A stretch of DNA of 64,000 nucleotides from Ylistrum balloti (lineage: Eukaryota), in NCBI RefSeq assembly GCF_031769215.1, contig NW_026782226.1:248001-312000 (forward strand), written 5' to 3'. The notes beneath the pieces are model-generated. The model searched no databases. It was not told the origin of the DNA and saw only the letters and a program-made list of their open reading frames with translations. The position numbers and the translations under genes were made by a program. Below, one piece after another: positions 44,040 through 57,400 of this stretch. Within the stretch, counting starts at the first letter, position 1. The number at the start of each line of letters is the position of its first letter.

Positions 44040-47000
44040 CATTTGTGACGCTTACTGGCACCATGAGCAAGGATTCTATGGCATCATATCTTTGCTTTAA
44101 TATACATGTGAGCGATACAGGCTAATTGGGACTCTTTATTAAATAGTATTACACTTGCCAATCTTTCCCAGAGTCCTTTGCGCACTCTCTTGAACGACAA
44201 GTGTAACATTAGAAACACGCCCATATACATGTAATAAAATCATAGGTAAACAAATCTGCCGTACGATATAGTTATATTTAATACAAATAATACCCGTGTT
44301 GATAAAGTTACAGACTCATGGAAGAAAATATCTATCATATTTCATGATATAAGGTTTTAATAGTGACGAATCTAAGCAAAGTCAACACATGTCAGTATAA
44401 GCTAGTTTCAGGGTGTGTTGCGTGTATTGCGGTCTATCGTGTACTTGTGCTGACGAATTCTGGTTGTTAAATACGCCCTTTATATTCAATGATATGAAAT
44501 GGACCATATTTGATAATTGAGACATATATCGTATCAATAAATTACAGACATGTTTATCAGTATGCAATTACATATATAAATAAGCGGGTACAAGAACTAC
44601 ATAATACGGTATTAATGTATCGTAAATCTTGTCTAGAGTCGATTTTCATCGTTATTTTTTATTGTAATTTGCTGTCCCATGTATATATCATTATTCAGGT
44701 TCAACGGTTGAAGAAACGTAAATTTTCAAGCATGATTCTGATACCATTTGATAAAAATCAGTCAGCTGAAAACCAAGAGCCGTACGTATGAAAGGTCATT
44801 CAAAGTTCTGAGTCATCAATGAAACAGGATATATACACATGATGTACTTGTTTTGATGTTGTTGTACATCTGACAGCTCCGTGATATGCGGTGTTTGATA
44901 TATACAGAATTTGTGGTCGCAATCATTTACGAGGTACAGTTGATCGAACAGAGTATTAAGTCAAGCATACCACCAAGGAAGAAGAGCTTAGGCCAGGAAG
45001 TGTCCTAGGGAACCAATGTTGCGGAATGATGCACGTCACAAAAACGACTTTCAAGTCATTTAGCTTTGAGACTTGATGAGATAATCATCACAACGGATCA
45101 TGTAAAATCCACTTAAATCTCAAAAAGTCATATTACCGTAATACAATCCAAGGCAAATGGAAGACAGAAAAATGTCGTAATGGGACCTTTTCCAAACTCT
45201 TCAGCAGACGAGATCTGTCGTGCATATCAATTAATATAAGGGGATTTAAACGAAACATGGATTCAAGATCTGGAACCACAAGCCAAGAGAGTCCATGCTT
45301 AGTCATAGCCACTGTGTTATGGTATCACTGTTATATATTATAGATGCAGTGAAAGCTCTATGGTCGCTTGAAGAAATTACTATACAGACCTAACGAAGCA
45401 GCTAAGAGTCGTTTAAAAATGAAAATAAAAATGAGCATTCATGTCACAGTGTTCCTATGTAAAAATCTTAAGATCAGCGACGCTAAGAAGCTGGGCATTA
45501 AAGTTTTGCATTTAGCTCAGTTTCTCAAGTGCTATTCAAATCAAACTTGGAAAGGTCATCCGAGTCCTCTAGATAGGTTACGACTATTGTATTTTTTTGG
45601 TATGATTTATGCACAAAAACTGCAATGTCTTTATGGCGCGATCAATTTTGTTCAGAATTAATCTATATCTGAATGTTAAGTAATGTTAGACGGGGTTTCC
45701 TCTACCCCCGCGGGAACAATCACAATGTATGGTCTGCTGCCGTAGCGACTTCTATGATCTTTTTGACCAACTACTACCTACAATCTGCCGTCAACTCATT
45801 GTTTTGCTCGACATTTAGTTTTGTTCTCTTCAGTCTTTTAACGTCATTTCTGTTGCAAGGGTTACTGATATAATGACGTGTCTAATGAATACCAGAAGAG
45901 GAAAGCATGCACGGGGAATGACGGGTAGACAAGGAGAGAAATCAATTCAAAATCGCATGGGATGTTTTATTGAGGACAGCAGCTTAGTGGGTACATTCTA
46001 CTGCCCCGTAAGACAGCAGTTGAAAATTGTTGGGACCATAATCTGCCAAATAAAGTGAAGTTATCAGAACAGTATCAAACACTGTTTAGTGATGTAAGGA
46101 AGGAAGAGAAAACTTTTGAACTAAATCACAATTCCTTCACAATATATGAACACGTAAGTTATTCTACACGTGTATTGTGTACTTCAGAAATCCAATAGCA
46201 ATCCCCATCATTCAACACAACTGCATGAATAAGTAATCCAGATTAAGTAAACTAATGAAATTCTGATCACATCTCAAGTCTATCAATATTTAGCTTCCAT
46301 ACGCAGTTACTTCTGCAAAGCCGTTGATTGAAGTTTGCCCAAATACGGTCTGAAGGGTCTCAATTTTGTATAAATGATGAGTCTCGGGGCCTCTGGGAAC
46401 ATTCGAGGCCTAATATGGGAAATGGAGCAACATTTTTTTTAAAATCCTACTTCTCCTTCTAGGATCATGTTCCTAATAGTTATGTGGCTTCCTCGGGTGA
46501 AAAGGAATGAGTTTTAATAAACAGTGGAGTTTGGCCCCCTCGGATAGGAGGGGCTGGGCCCAGCAAGAGAAATGGAACAGGTTCTTTAAATCGTTCTACC
46601 ATGCTAATTATAGGATTCTGTCTTAATTTGAATCATCCTCGGGTGAAGGAGAGTTCTATCTGTATAAACCCATTAAGTGAATTAGAGCAAATCCTTTGAA
46701 ATACATCTAATGAATGGCTACGATTCTGTCCCAAGTTGGTCTAATGTGTCAGTTGGTCGACAGGGTTTAACCAAAATGGACCAGAAACCCGGCATTCATT
46801 CGAAATAGTGTCTTAATGCTACTTTTTGTGTTTATTTTCAGATTTTTTTTTATGACGGCACTGCGAAATGAACTTCGCTCGTTTACATACTTTCATGAGG
46901 TTCGTCAATATTTATATGTATAAACAGCCCTCCTTCGTGTTTACCTTACTGTTGTACTAGCGACCTCAGTTTTACAACATGTCTATTTAACACGTAGCTC

Positions 47001-48446
47001 ATTTAAGTAAACTCTTGGCTCGGATATTTCACGAGAAATTGAATAGCTATTTTGGGACCCGCACAATAGCCGAGCTCTTTTCATGTACGATGTGTCGACT
47101 TTAATGATATCTCGCTGATTTATCAATAAATGCGCACCAGGCACGTATTTCTATAACACTCCATCCGATTACCTTGAAATATCTAGGTAGTCGTTAAATC
47201 TCATTTCAATCTTAACGTTAAACAGAAATCTTCGAATTTCACATTCTGTACATTTACTGCTATACCGCAAACAAAATTTATGTTCCAAGGTGTCATACTA
47301 TTATATTGTCTAATTTTATCCTCATTTTGGTCCACTTACGTCGCCAGGACACTGAAATTCCTCGTTGTGACAAGGCATAGAGGTAAGCCGAATCAAAGAG
47401 ACGATAAACCTGTTACCAACCAACCAACCACTGCAAGTTGACAACGTCCAGATTTCGAAGGAACAATAAACTGCACTGACGTCACTTTTCCACCCTTACG
47501 CGAGACCATTCTGAGCAGCAAACATCCACATGACATGAGTATCCATAGTAACCAGGATGCCCTTACTGAATAGAAATTTTCAGTAGTGATACATATATAA
47601 TCTTAATGGGTTTTCATCTCATATAACATTTGTTATTGAACAAGCCTTAGATTTTTTTCATCATTTCATAAAATTTTGAACAAAAAGAAGTATAAGATAT
47701 TTTTTATTGCTCAAAAAAGGTACATATGAGGAAGACAAAAGCAAAAGAATGTAGCAAGTTTGTTGCATAATTTTGAGATCATGATGTTTCGCCGTCGTCT
47801 ATATCATGAATAAACTATGCAATCGATTTCTGACTGTCATAGCCAGTGCAAAATTTCACAGAATATATTACTTTAGTGACAAATTCAGTCCGATTATATG
47901 ATAATTTTTATAACATTAGAATATTTGCACTGTTTTTACAAATAATGCTCACATTTTCGATGCTACAAAGAATTCACCTCCTGATAAGAGTTTAACCGCT
48001 CGTTGACCTATCAAACGCCTTCTATACAAAGCGCGAACAAAAATTACCATACGTATTTATGTACAAACATACAACTGTTGGCTTTTTGCAAGCTAAGTTC
48101 TGAACAAATAGCATACCAACGCACACTTTTAAACAAAAACTAGATATGTCGGGGTCTTAAAACCTTGTGTACTATAACTAAACGTAATCAACGATAATCA
48201 CGTTGTTAGTTTCTATTGTACAGTTGTACAATTTCAACTATTTTGTACTTCAAACTGATTTTTAAACCCAACATAGATTAATTTACCTGTCGACGCGTTA
48301 AGCAGTATTTCCAGAGAAAAGTCAACATATACCGGTAGTTAAGTTACAGTCTACTGATTTTATCACTGGGGCAAGGCGTGGGCAGAAACAAGAAATCGAC
48401 AGGTATTCCTGTGAGGCCCTGACACAGGTGGATAGACTCAGACGAG

Positions 48447-51400
48447 ATGTTTGAAGGCTCCACCGACAAATTTGATTTCACTGATATTGAGGGTAGAAAA
48501 AAGATGGGGCGTAACGATGAGGATGGTGGCTGCAGAATGTCCGGTGCATCGGGGTTTCTGATGGTGTTGCTTGCCATAGCTATCGCAGTGGGTGTTGGAC
48601 TGATCGTGCATTTCGCTGGAAACCAGAAGGAACTTAATTGTAACTGCCAGTGTGGACCAGCGGAGGGCGTTGTCACAATGGCTCCAGGATTTCTGACGGA
48701 GACATGCAAGGCAAAAGCTGTTCTGGGAAACCAAGAGTTATGTAAGTCCATTTTGATTTAAAATGTGAATTTCCAAATTTGTCTGGCATTGACTGAAAAT
48801 CCAGTGATTATAAGTATATGTAATTCGAAAGTGCAGTATCAATAAATATTTTAGTTTTAACATTTCGATTAAAACATTACTTTTCATTTAATTATCATAT
48901 TGTCCTTTTGAATTCAACGCCATATGCAAATCTCCACTGTATTCATAATCTAACAAGACAATGGTATGGAGAGCTTTGTCACCGTTTTTGAATTTCAATA
49001 TTATTTTCTTTGATGACGTTTCTAATGAACAAGACAGTTTTATTAATAAGACACGAGAATATTCTCAAATAATTTCTTAAATGCTATTCTTTTGAAATAA
49101 TAAATTATATGAGAATCACGACTTTTACCTAAAATGCGTACCTGACGTTGACGTTACGCTGAATTTTGCCTGATGACGTACGCCAAAATAACTTCTCCAC
49201 GCAGCTGACAGCAATTTTATGAGTTTTCGGACATACACTTATTCATTTCAACATATAAAATCGCTTATTTCAACATTGATTTATACTGTTAAATGTAATT
49301 TCAGTAAATTCAGAAAGTTATTCTGTTGAATTACCGCACGTGCGAAAATACAGCCATTTTCCGTCCGTCACTGCCGAATACAGCAAACATATATATGTGG
49401 CATGCGTATTCTGACAATGGCAGCGCCAGTTGCAGGATAAAAGAGTATCTATGTTAAACACAATCTTATGAATGATTCAACACGTACTGTTCTTTTATGT
49501 ACCATTCAGTTGTGTATTTTTCTTTTCGTTCATTTTCTTCTGTATAAAGTTCATCTAAATCAGTGTTTTGTGGATTTATAGACTCCGCTCAAATTTTCAT
49601 TTTTTTGAAAAATGATTCATACATCTTATTCGGTTTTTTGTACATCTCTTACAAAAATATATTCTATCAAATACATTTGTTACCGAAGATAAACAAGGTC
49701 ACGGGAATAAACTACATTTAGCCTTATGTACACACTTTTCGAGAAGTTCATCTATGATGCAGACATCCTTGAATTTGATAGTGTAAGTGAAGCCAATACT
49801 GTTTGGTAAACCGTGGGGTAATATGACACTCTATTCAGTATCCTGAGTATATTCACAATAATTGGGTAGGCCATACAGGTATATATAATACACCGTTCAG
49901 GGTGTACAAAGTTGAATCGGGAGATTCCCTTTTGTCTGACAAAGATGATAAAAGTTAAATGCTTCAGGGTTAACAATACACACAATAGTATTTAGATGTT
50001 AACGGATTTCCTATGTCCATTTCCCCGAAGTTAATAGTTCTCCAGGGAGATTTTGATATCGCAGTTTTCTTGATATATCTGTGAAATGACCAATGTTTAT
50101 AGCCCGTAGTTCTCACCTTTTCTGTATTTTAGACACAGTTCAGTAATCATGTGACATTATGTGCGTATTGTACATATATTCTGTACTAGAGGATCCTACA
50201 TCATCCGTATTTTACATTGCTATTGTACCTCATTATAATATATTTGTTATTTCGTCCAGTTATGTTGGTTTTTCACAATCGTCTGATATATTTCAAATTG
50301 CCCTTAGCATAACAGACGAGTACTGCATGATGCAGTTTAATTCATTACTTGACTCTAAATACTTTTTACAGTCGTATTATTGGGTGTTTGTACCATTACA
50401 CGACCTCGTCATTTTCGTTGAGATAAGCACAGATCGAGTCATTTCAGCTTTATATCTATGGTCTCCACTGTTACGTCACAACACTATCAGTGAGTGTGTT
50501 ATGCTATTACATTAATATAACTTGACGTCAACATAGGTTATATCAAACAGTATTAACACATGATTTCCCTGTTATTCAGCGAATATACACATCATATTTT
50601 TTAATATTACACGTGTAAATAGCTTATGTTGATGTCACTTTGATAATGAAACGACAACACATGTAAATTCACAGATTGCACTGTGACATAACAACGGAGA
50701 TCATAGATAAAGAGCGGTCATGGCTTCAAGTCAAATGTAAAAACATTTGTCTTTAATCATATTTGCTTGAAAAGTTTTGTGCAAATTGTTAATAATGCGA
50801 TTTCTGTATACATGTGATTATCTATTTATTCAATGATGTTAAAATGTATATCTCCATCAAGTTGTTGTTGATTTCACTAACACATGTTACACTAAACAAA
50901 TACAGACAGATATCTGATCGTATATATATTTGATACACCAACCACGTGGCGATACAATCAAAGTATTAACATTGAGATCTTGGCATCAGATAGCTTTAGG
51001 ACAGCACCATTTTTATTTTTCTAAAGCTTGCAAACTAGTTTTAGTATTTTGAATATTTCGACAATATTTACATTGGAATATACAAAAATAGTGACATTCG
51101 TATTAATGTCAGGATATTTGGATATGTAAACTGAACCTTTATCAATATTCTAAATATACGTTATCAGTTACATGATATCGTATATTTCTGATGACTTTTC
51201 TCCAGTGTTGGTTTTTCAATCAACAACTGGGGTCATTTAAGGCTGATGATGAGTAAAATCCAAGTGTTGGGTTGCCTTGTGTTTTAGCCTGCTTTTGGTA
51301 ATGCTGAACTGAGGCCAACTTTATAGTTGTATCAATTGCTTGTAAACTTGACACTGGCCTACTTTCAAGGCCACAGGTTTCAAATATAAATGTTAAACTT

Positions 51401-54400
51401 TCATGAATTTCAAGTTTCAAAAGACCCAGTGTCCTGATATCTGATTGAAAAGTACCAGGGTTAGCTCTGCATAGCATAGCCGATTACAAATGACCTTGAT
51501 CCATTTTCAAGGCCACATTTGCGAGTTGTGTTAAACGAGTACAAGAATCCCTCATTGAATTCAGCAATTTCAATGGTAATTTTTGGCTAATAACGTTTGG
51601 GGTAGGGTGCATTTAAATGACATTAACCTATTTTCAAGGAATCAGATGTGTTAAACTATTTTTGAATCATGTCGAGTTTCAGAAGACTAAGGATCCTGAT
51701 TATTTGAAAGCAGGTATCAGTGGTACAGATGTTCGTCAAATAAGATTTGCCTAAAATCGACTATTTTTACTCGAAAAACAGAATATCAAAATTTGTTATA
51801 TTATGAACACCGACGCTATATTTGATTTGTAACATGCATAACATTGGATAATCATTATAAAACATAAGGGTTGATTTGGCATTATTTACTTTGATATCTA
51901 ATGTGCATTACCAGCCATGTAGGCCTCTTCTTTACCTTGGTATTAGGTTGTAGAAACAGAGGTCGCTGTTTTAAGAAAACCCCTGGTAGTGCTCTATCGG
52001 CTTCATTCCGAGATGGATTTCATTGAAATGCCAAGTACTTGTCTTTTAAATCAAAGATGGACCGCAAAGGGATACATTTGGTTATTAAATTATTCTAGAA
52101 ACTTTGATAATTGACTTTCAAACAATATATCTCCCGCACATCACAAGTCTACAAATATTAGACAAGGAAAGAAATATGTTAAATGTACCTGCTTTGTAAA
52201 AGCAGCTCATTCACATATTTATTCTGACGTCACCTCTCAAAATGTGATAGCATCGTTAATGTATATATCGTTACCATGCCTCGCGATCGCATTAGATCAG
52301 ATTACCAGTCAGATGTACTGATTTGGCTTGTCCGGTTGTACATGGTAAACCTTGAAATTATCAGCATTAGAATGAGAGAAACTATTCTGTTATTACAATT
52401 TTTTCAAACAGTGAATGCACATTCACAGGTGATATTATTAAAACGTCAAACACATGTGCATTTACTTAATTGTTTATGTGATCGATGTTCCTGTTCGGGT
52501 GCAAATGAAACAAGGGTTGAATAATTTTGTTTTCCAAGAAAACTTTCCCCCTCTACCTTTCGGGATTTCGCTAATTTGGTATACAACGACGTTTGTAATA
52601 ATTGATTACCAGATAACAGCATGATATGATTGAATGCCATATAAATCAGGCTATAAAAATGACGTGGTACTGTCTCCCGGCGTAACGACAAACTATCTTC
52701 GATCAACGAACGTGCAAATAATTCCCGAACATGTTTGAACTCCGCTTTATTAAAAGTTTGGGATGGTATTTTTTTTCTATGAGATTTGCTTTTAAAAATG
52801 TAACGAAAAGAAAATTAATGTTTTTTCCGTTAAATATAATTCAAATCGTATGAAAGAATTGCACTCGTGAAAAATATAGAAATTCTTTCATCCTCGTGGT
52901 AATCAGGTAGTTTTTGTTCGGCGTCCATTCTGGAAACTTATGACCTTATCATAAACATGTAACCCGCTGTAATTATGTTATCTGCATTATCATCTGGTAT
53001 CTTTCCCTCTGAAAGAATGCTAACTAAAATAATTGTACCACCACTTTACTTTATTTATCAAAAAGTTTGTCAGCGGAAGTGTTAAGGAAAACCCGAAACC
53101 AATGTCAGTTGTGGAAATAATTGTTAACAGTTATTGCATTACAGGGAATCTGTCAAATCTATTCACCTCACACCAACTTCCCTACTTGAAATGGAAATAT
53201 CCCGCAATACTATAGATATCATATGTATAAAATGGTATCGGCCTGTGTATGGTGAAATAATTTGATACAGTTTCGTGCTTCAATATATAATTTATCTGTT
53301 AATTGATAACCAGGTGGACTGTGTCCGGAACGGACCACAACACCGTCTATGTCCACAACTCTGGGAATGAGGACAGCATCAACCATGCCAAACACTACAA
53401 TGCCACCCACCTCTTCACCACACCCGATCACGGATACGCGTCTACCTACCTCTGTAAAACCTCTTCACTATGAATTAAATTTGAGACCAGAGATGTACAA
53501 TGATAAGCCGGAGACATTCACTTTCAATGGAACCGTGGCTATAAAAGTAGAATGCAAAAGTCCCACAGACAATATAACACTCCATATTGCCACGCAGAAT
53601 CTTACCACTACCCCAACTGTAGAGGCATCAGATAACACTGAGGTATCTCCTGTTGTACTCCACACCACTAGGGATGTGACAAGACAGTTCCTTATTATGA
53701 CTCTAGATAAACCATTAGTAGTTGGAAATCAGTATGTTATTCAATTAGCTTTTGAAGACCGACTGTCCAATACTGTTCTTTTAGGAATGTACGTAAGCAC
53801 CTACAGAGACGAAGCAGCTAACATGACCAAGTAAGTAAGCTAAAGAGATTTTTCCTTGTAGTTTTAACCAGTTCATTTATATTTATAGACGAAAAATAGG
53901 CTAAACTATCAACCTAGTTTCAATGTTAAATAGATGAAACTACACTCAGGAGGTCTATAGATTTTAGACATAATCTCCATGTTATGCATAAAGTTGCGTA
54001 TGATGATATTTAGAGAATTGTTCGACAGAAACAGCTAGGCTTACGTATGACTTTTTTTTTCTTAAGATACATGACAGCAACCCAGTTCGAGCCGACATAT
54101 GCAAGACATGCGTTTCCATGTTTTGATGAGCCAGCATTCAAGGCGACGTTCGACATTAAACTGGAGCGACAACCTCACATCATCAGTCTCTCAAACATGC
54201 CCCTCGTTAGTTCAGTAACTATGTAAGTACTTAAAAATAATACCAAAGAAGCCAAAACCGAATGGAGTAACCAATCCACATAGTATCTTTGCATACTTTA
54301 TGCGAACATACACGTTTTGTGTGCGATCAAAATAGTTACAACTACATATTCTAAAGCACAAAATGATACTATAATAGCACGCTCCAATGCAAATTAATAT

Positions 54401-57400
54401 ACAGAACTTCAAATATGTCACTCACAATGTTCTAGATAAGATACATTGGCTGTATATCAGCAAATGAACGTATATTTAAGAAGCAGACCTATTAATCAAA
54501 CATGTTCATTTATTTTCATTCCATTAACCCTTATGATTACGTACTTTTCTGCACAAGATTTTTCATGTATTTAAGAGACAGGTGTCTTGTCGCAGATTCA
54601 TGTTTATTATTTAACGATGTATCCTGTTAGATTCTCACACAACAACAACCAACATGGACAACTTTTCACCAAGCTGTTGAATCAACTTGATGATATAAAT
54701 TTCCATATTGTGAATTTTCCATTCCTGGATGGCAGCTACCCTGCATCCCTAGCCTATTGTGTTAATATATTGTAGTTGACTCGATATTTTAACGTTTGTT
54801 CCCATTATCACGTTTTAAGTTCAAGAAGCCGTCAATTAAAAGGAAAAACACGAAACAAATGGATTCAAAAGATGCATATTGATGAAAATTATGGGAATAG
54901 TTATAGTGATTTCATTGAGAAATATCATATTTCATTATGAGAAGTGAAGCTGGACGTGTTAAATGCTCGTTAGTTTGCTTGTTTGTTCCGTTGTTTTATA
55001 CCTTGTTCTCACTTGCGAACTTTACTTACTTGGATTGACCAAGGTTTACATGGCGGTTGTTGTCGGTGAAGCACTGAAACACAGATCAGAATAATAGATA
55101 ATTAGTATACAAAATGTATATGAAACATCGAAACTACCGCTTTTTAATACACTGACGTTACAATAGGACATTATGCTGATATTATTGTTCTTAAAGGGGA
55201 GATGGTTACGTTGCGGACCACTTCGACGTTTCAGTCACGATGTCGACATATCTTGTTGCCTTTGTATTTGGCGAGCTGGAGAGTGTAAAGAATGTAACAG
55301 AAAATAACGTTCTGGTGAGGTTTGAAGATGAACGAAATGACCACATAGTAAACTGCATACTATATACGGGAACCTTTCCCATTTCTCTCCCTATCTACAT
55401 TTAATATGACGAAAACATGATGATATGATGGATTAATGTGTGATGTTAAAAAATGCTTGTACAAAAGCCTAACTGAAACAATTAGGAACTCGATTAATTC
55501 TTGGTTATGTTTTTAAAAATGATATAATGACTTTGCACTATTTAAAGTTGAAATATCCATCTATCATTCAGAAATACGACAAAATGTCTTGTAAAATAGG
55601 TTTTGATGTAGGCATTCACCATTTATTAGACATTTACACGATAAAATGATGACAATTTCAATCACAATTATTTGCAGAATGTTGTGAAAGTAATCAAAAT
55701 TATGTCGATTTTACCTTCATATATGTTCTGTCCAGAAGTGTTCTGGCTTCTGCTTGTTTAGTTGAAATAATTGTAAACGTGAGGTAAAGTATAATAATAT
55801 ATTTATGATAATGAATATATATAAGTACACATGTATATTTCAGTTTGGGGTATACACCACTCCTCAGAACATCAACCAGACAGCGTTTGCACTTAACTTA
55901 GGCAGCAGACTTCTGGATACATTTGAGGAGTATTTCAATATTTCCTTTGCTCTTCCAAAACTCGGTAAGACCTTTTTATTTTTACCTTTATTCTTCATTG
56001 TATGTAAATTGACGAAATATTTTTTTTTATTACAGAAGTAATCCTACCAAATTAGAATGTTATTGAACCCGAGCCAGAAAGGACATAAACGTGTTTTAAA
56101 GGAAAACATTTTCTAAATAAATGAGTTTATTGCATCATATCAATATTCGTTCATGCCAAAAATAAAATGATAATCAATACATTGGATGCTTGAGTGTCTG
56201 TAGTTGCGCTATCATCTTGATAAAAATGTTTACATTGCAAACCTATTGATGTGTCCTAAATCCTCCATTTTCTGTCTTCCACAATAGATGACAAATCTGT
56301 AAATATATTGAATCTATAACCAGTGACTCGCGTACTGTTAGTAAGATCAGTCTGAAAAGTTCTTCTTGTTGTGCTTATGCTCATTTCAATAGGAAAACAT
56401 TACATATGCACATACACTGCAACTTGTACTATCTCTATATAATAACGTATTTAAAATGAAAACAAACGTTAACAAAAGTGTTAATTTATGATAATGTATA
56501 TTGTGATCTAATGGATAAAGCTTTAAATAACAGAGATTTGCAATTACTAATAAATAATCATGACTTTATTGATTTAATAAAATCTTAACTGATACCGGCA
56601 TTGAAGAAATAGAAAAATGTATACCTTACATATTTTTAACTGTCAGACCAAGTGATAAACCATGGATGAGAAAAAGAATACATTTAAAAGATAAATTTTG
56701 GATGTATCAGAAATGAGACCTAGTCAGGCAAGCTAAAAGAAACTACTATGATATATTTAAAAAAAAATACTCCATGACCAATCCATTCCCCTTAACAAAG
56801 GTGGAAAATTGTTAAATCAGTTATGAATTACAAAAATGTACCTCTATTATATGAAAATAACTAATATATACAACATCAATTTGATAAGATAGAATGTCTA
56901 AATAACTTTTTCAACGCATCAACTTCCTATGAAAATCAGTATCCTTTACCTCAACATTTAAGTAATTTTCCCTTTAACCAAGAAAACATTACTGTAAATG
57001 AGCAGGACATCAAAGACCAAATTATTCTGCTGGCGCTGATAGAATGATACCTAAGATAACAAAGTAATGATAATAATCCCTCATAGGTACGCCATCTTAC
57101 TCTTCTATGTAATATAACTTTTTAAACAGGTATCATACCATCTTCTTGGAAAATAGTTAATGTAAATGCTATATTTAAAGGACAATGTTCTGAATAAAAT
57201 GTATCTAATGATAGACAATTTCTTTCACGCATTGTTTTAATAAAATGATTGAAAATGAAGTATCTAAATATACGTTTAATTGTCTTAAAACTGATATGAT
57301 AACTAAAGACTAGACAGACCTCTTACCGGAAGATTCTTCAGTAAATCAATTGTCAGAAATGATATGATACTACCATAAAAAGTATAAAAAAAGTAATCAA

